DNA of 63,969 bases, counting the filler, from Blastocystis sp. subtype 4 (Eukaryota): the NCBI RefSeq assembly GCF_000743755.1. It is 3 parts of 3 records of this genome, joined end to end, with 100 filler letters (N's around TTAATTAATTAA, not from the genome) between each part and the next. Parts side by side here need not be neighbours in the genome. Positions count along the whole stretch, not along the records: positions 51,914 to 63,969 come from NW_014569248.1; 2 more parts are not named here. One strand, given 5' to 3'. The notes beneath the pieces are model-generated. The model saw nothing but the letters and a program-made list of their open reading frames with translations. It searched no databases and had not been told where the DNA came from. Of the stretch, positions 61,138 to 63,969 are shown piece by piece. A program made the translations under genes and the position numbers. Position 1 is the stretch's first letter; the number at the start of each line of letters is the position of its first letter.

Positions 61138-62608
61138 CTAATTAGTTGCTACAAGTATAGCTGCAACACAAAGTAAAGATGATATGAGACAAGAGTGTTG
61201 TTTGAAGACTGAAGCTCCATCTGAAACAGCGTTGTTAACAAAATTGACCATTCGTTGTCGTTTATCTTCATAACTATCCTGATCTAGCTTATTACGTTTG
61301 GTAGTTGGTTTCTTTGGTAGATCAACACCATCAAAAAAGAAGGGAGCTTCTTTGCATTGGTTATTCGTTTCAGAATTGGTGTATGTATCAGTTAGTTTGC
61401 TTTCTCCAGCTTCTTTCTGAGCCTTCTTTTGTTCCTTCTCTTCTACCTCTATTCGAGCCTTTTCTTCAGCTTCTATTTGAGCCTTCTCTTGAGCCTCTCT
61501 TCTGGCATTCTCTTGAGCCTCTCTATGAGCCTTCTCAACTTTCATCCGCCTTCTTTTCGTGGCCTCCTTATGAGCCTTTGCTGCTTCTCGAGCTTTCTCT
61601 TCAACCTCCTTATGTTCCTTCTCTTCAGCTTCTATTTGAGCTTTCTCTTCAGCTTCTCTTCGAGCCTTCTCTTCAGCTTCTCTTCGAGCCTTCTCAACTT
61701 TCATCCGCCTTCTTTTCGTGGCTTCCTTATGAGCCTTCGCTGCTTCTCGAGCTTTCTCTTCTTCCTCGTTCAGTAACTGTTCTTCTACACTAGACCTTCG
61801 TTTCTTGGTCTTTCCAGACAAATTCACTCCATTCTCCCTAAGTTCCTTCAATTCCATATTCCTCTTCCTCAACTTTGTCTTGTCCATCAAGTCCATAATG
61901 TCTATGTCTTTCTTGTCTTCCTTCTCCTCCTTTCCTTTTTCTAGTACACTATTCACCTTTTCATCTTCACGACCTTCTGTTGCTAGCATATGGGTCTTTA
62001 TCACCTTGATAGCTTTTTCACGTTCGGCACGGGATTCTCTTATTGCATCCTTTATACTCTGACTCTTCATACTTGGCATTATACTTTCATTTCCATCCTT
62101 CTCCATAGGAGGAAGAATAATCTTCTTCTTCAACTTATGTGGTGACAATGTTACAGGCCTCTCTTCAGTGACCATTATAGGATTCAGAGTCAAATGACTA
62201 CTTCTAGCAGGTTTGACAGGACTGGAAACTGGACTAACGAACTCCAAAGGTTTCGATAGACGAATATCTTCCATCTACACATGAATGATTATCGAAAAAC
62301 GCACAATGGATCCAATATCTTCGGCTTCATGCTTCTTCTTTGTATGCATTTTATGAGCTTTTCTGTCTCCATCTTCAGGTGAATATTGAATATCTACACT
62401 TCACATGGACCAAAAGCAATACTCTCCTTCAATGGCTTATCTCCACGTAACGCATCTAAAAGATCCTTCTCAGTATCCTTTACACTCTGTATCGGAACTA
62501 CAAATCTCAAACAACAACAAACTGCTAACCAGTAACAGGTGATGCAGATCGATGGTCTGTTTTCACTCCCACTTTTGAAACAAGCTTTTGACCTCTAGAA
62601 CGCGGCAT
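61138..62608 (-). CDS. Tail-anchored charged coiled-coil protein
   Basis: Glu/Lys/Arg repeats (EEKAREAAKAHKEATKRRRMKVEKA twice); hydrophobic C-terminus LISSLLCVAAILVATN. Confidence 0.65.
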
Positions 62609-62742
62609 TTTCCCTTTCAATAACCATTCCAAAAAAGGGAGCCAGAAATAATACAGATTTTGTAATACTCATACCAGACGATCAAACATCACAATTATAG
62701 TACTTGTAGACAGTTCTATTTTGTAACTAGATCAATCATACG

Positions 62743-63284
62743 ATGTCTGCCGCTAATGCCTTCTCACTTCTCAATGAAACCGAGGGTTCTGATACCTCTT
62801 ATCGAACTATTCACTTGACTCGCCATCTTCACCTGACACAAGGTATGGCCTGGACTGAAACTCTCAAAGAGGATTTTGGTGTTGAAACAGACACTGTTGG
62901 TAATGATCTTGGTTTACATAGTAGATCCCCGTTATTCAAGAGGTACAAGAAGTTGTGCCCACTGTCGTGGAGGAGAAGCCTGCTTCTAAGAAGTCTAAGA
63001 AGTCAAAGAAGCCCCAGCCCAAGAAGGTTGTTGAAGAGGACTTGGACAGCATCCTTAAGGAAATGGGACTTGAAGGTGAGTGTGTGTATGAGTACTGAGT
63101 AATAGTACAAGAAGAGGAGAAGAATGAGGAATCTACAAACAAAATGGAAGAGGTGAAAGAGTGAACCAAAAATGATCCATAGGGAACCAGAAAGAAGATG
63201 AATAAGAAGACAGTATCAAAGGCTGCAGCAATTATTGCTAATGAATCTGCTCAGAGAAAGAACAAGAAGAAGAGTAAGAAGTAG
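62743..63284 (+). CDS. Small Lys/Glu-rich hypothetical protein
   Basis: MSAANAFSLL start, short introns, KKKSKK-stop. Confidence 0.5.
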
Positions 63285-63365
63285 GGGTATTACCTGTCTT
63301 TGTTCGGATACAAGATGATACACGAAATTAGTAAGGTATGTTCATAACATGATAGCAAAAAGAAT

Positions 63366-63438
63366 CGCCCACCGAGGGGCTCGAACCCTCGACCACCAGG
63401 TTAAGAGCCTGGCGCTCTACCGACTGAGCTAGACGGGC
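63366..63438 (-). tRNA. trnK: tRNA-Lys(CTT)
   Basis: GCCCGTCTAGCTCAGTCGGTAGAGCG...CCAGG-CT-CTT-AA-CCTGG...GTTCGAGCC...GGGCG. Confidence 0.96.
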
Positions 63439-63969
63439 CTAACATTATTTGTTACTTCATCTATATATATAAATATATGGTCTACTTAATCATTAGGATA
63501 ATCTATCTTCTGTGGTTGTATTTGCTCCCTTTCTGGACTCGTTATAGTTCATTAGTAATGATAATTGTTCGAGACAGTTTGGTGGTCAAAGGATGAAGTA
63601 TGTATTCATGGAACTGATATAGCTATTAACACTGTTTTCATAAGTTGTGAAGCTGGTATCACAGCATTCATAATCCAGAAGAGATCTACAGCAATTTGAC
63701 CAAATCGCTATGTATACTGATGATTCAAGTTATTTATAACCATTATACCAATTGCTTCTTGTATCTATAGTCATGTTTCTACAATAGCCATTTCTCACTT
63801 TTATAACCTTATTTCCATTCTATATCTCGTAGAGTTCTAACTTTGAAATAATATGTAATATGCAAAGAAATGGCAATTAGGACAGATTCATTCAAAAGGA
63901 ATTAGGAACGGGACAGTCGATTAACGGGAATTCAGAGATTATTGGGACTCTGGCTTATGGTTCTTGGTT

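Overview
Very compact, AT-rich eukaryotic nuclear DNA, most consistent with the stramenopile gut protist Blastocystis. This is an inference from ~30-nt GT-AG introns, tiny intergenic gaps and a TGTTTGTT motif at gene 3' ends. The window holds about 30 spliced protein genes, including V-ATPase c, two FAIM-like genes, TMEM131, Puf6, TRM6, an FHA-UBZ-SLX4-like gene, a TenA-(HAD)-ThiD fusion, GILT, a Pumilio protein, eIF2beta, coilin, a TSET TTRAY-like gene, ZMAT5, EFL1 and three non-RD kinases with UEV-like N-termini. It also has four tRNAs and two artificial scaffold gaps. Highlights are: (1) an ORF-poor minus-strand locus at ~10.3-12.05 kb packed with snoRNAs, including a clear snR30/U17; (2) several genes whose stop codon appears to be completed by polyadenylation 4 nt upstream of TGTTTGTT, a phenomenon already known in Blastocystis; (3) unusual domain fusions (UEV-kinase, TTRAY-LamG-repeat tail, FHA-SLX4). 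All homology calls are by-eye motif recognition, not database searches, and spliced gene boundaries are approximate.
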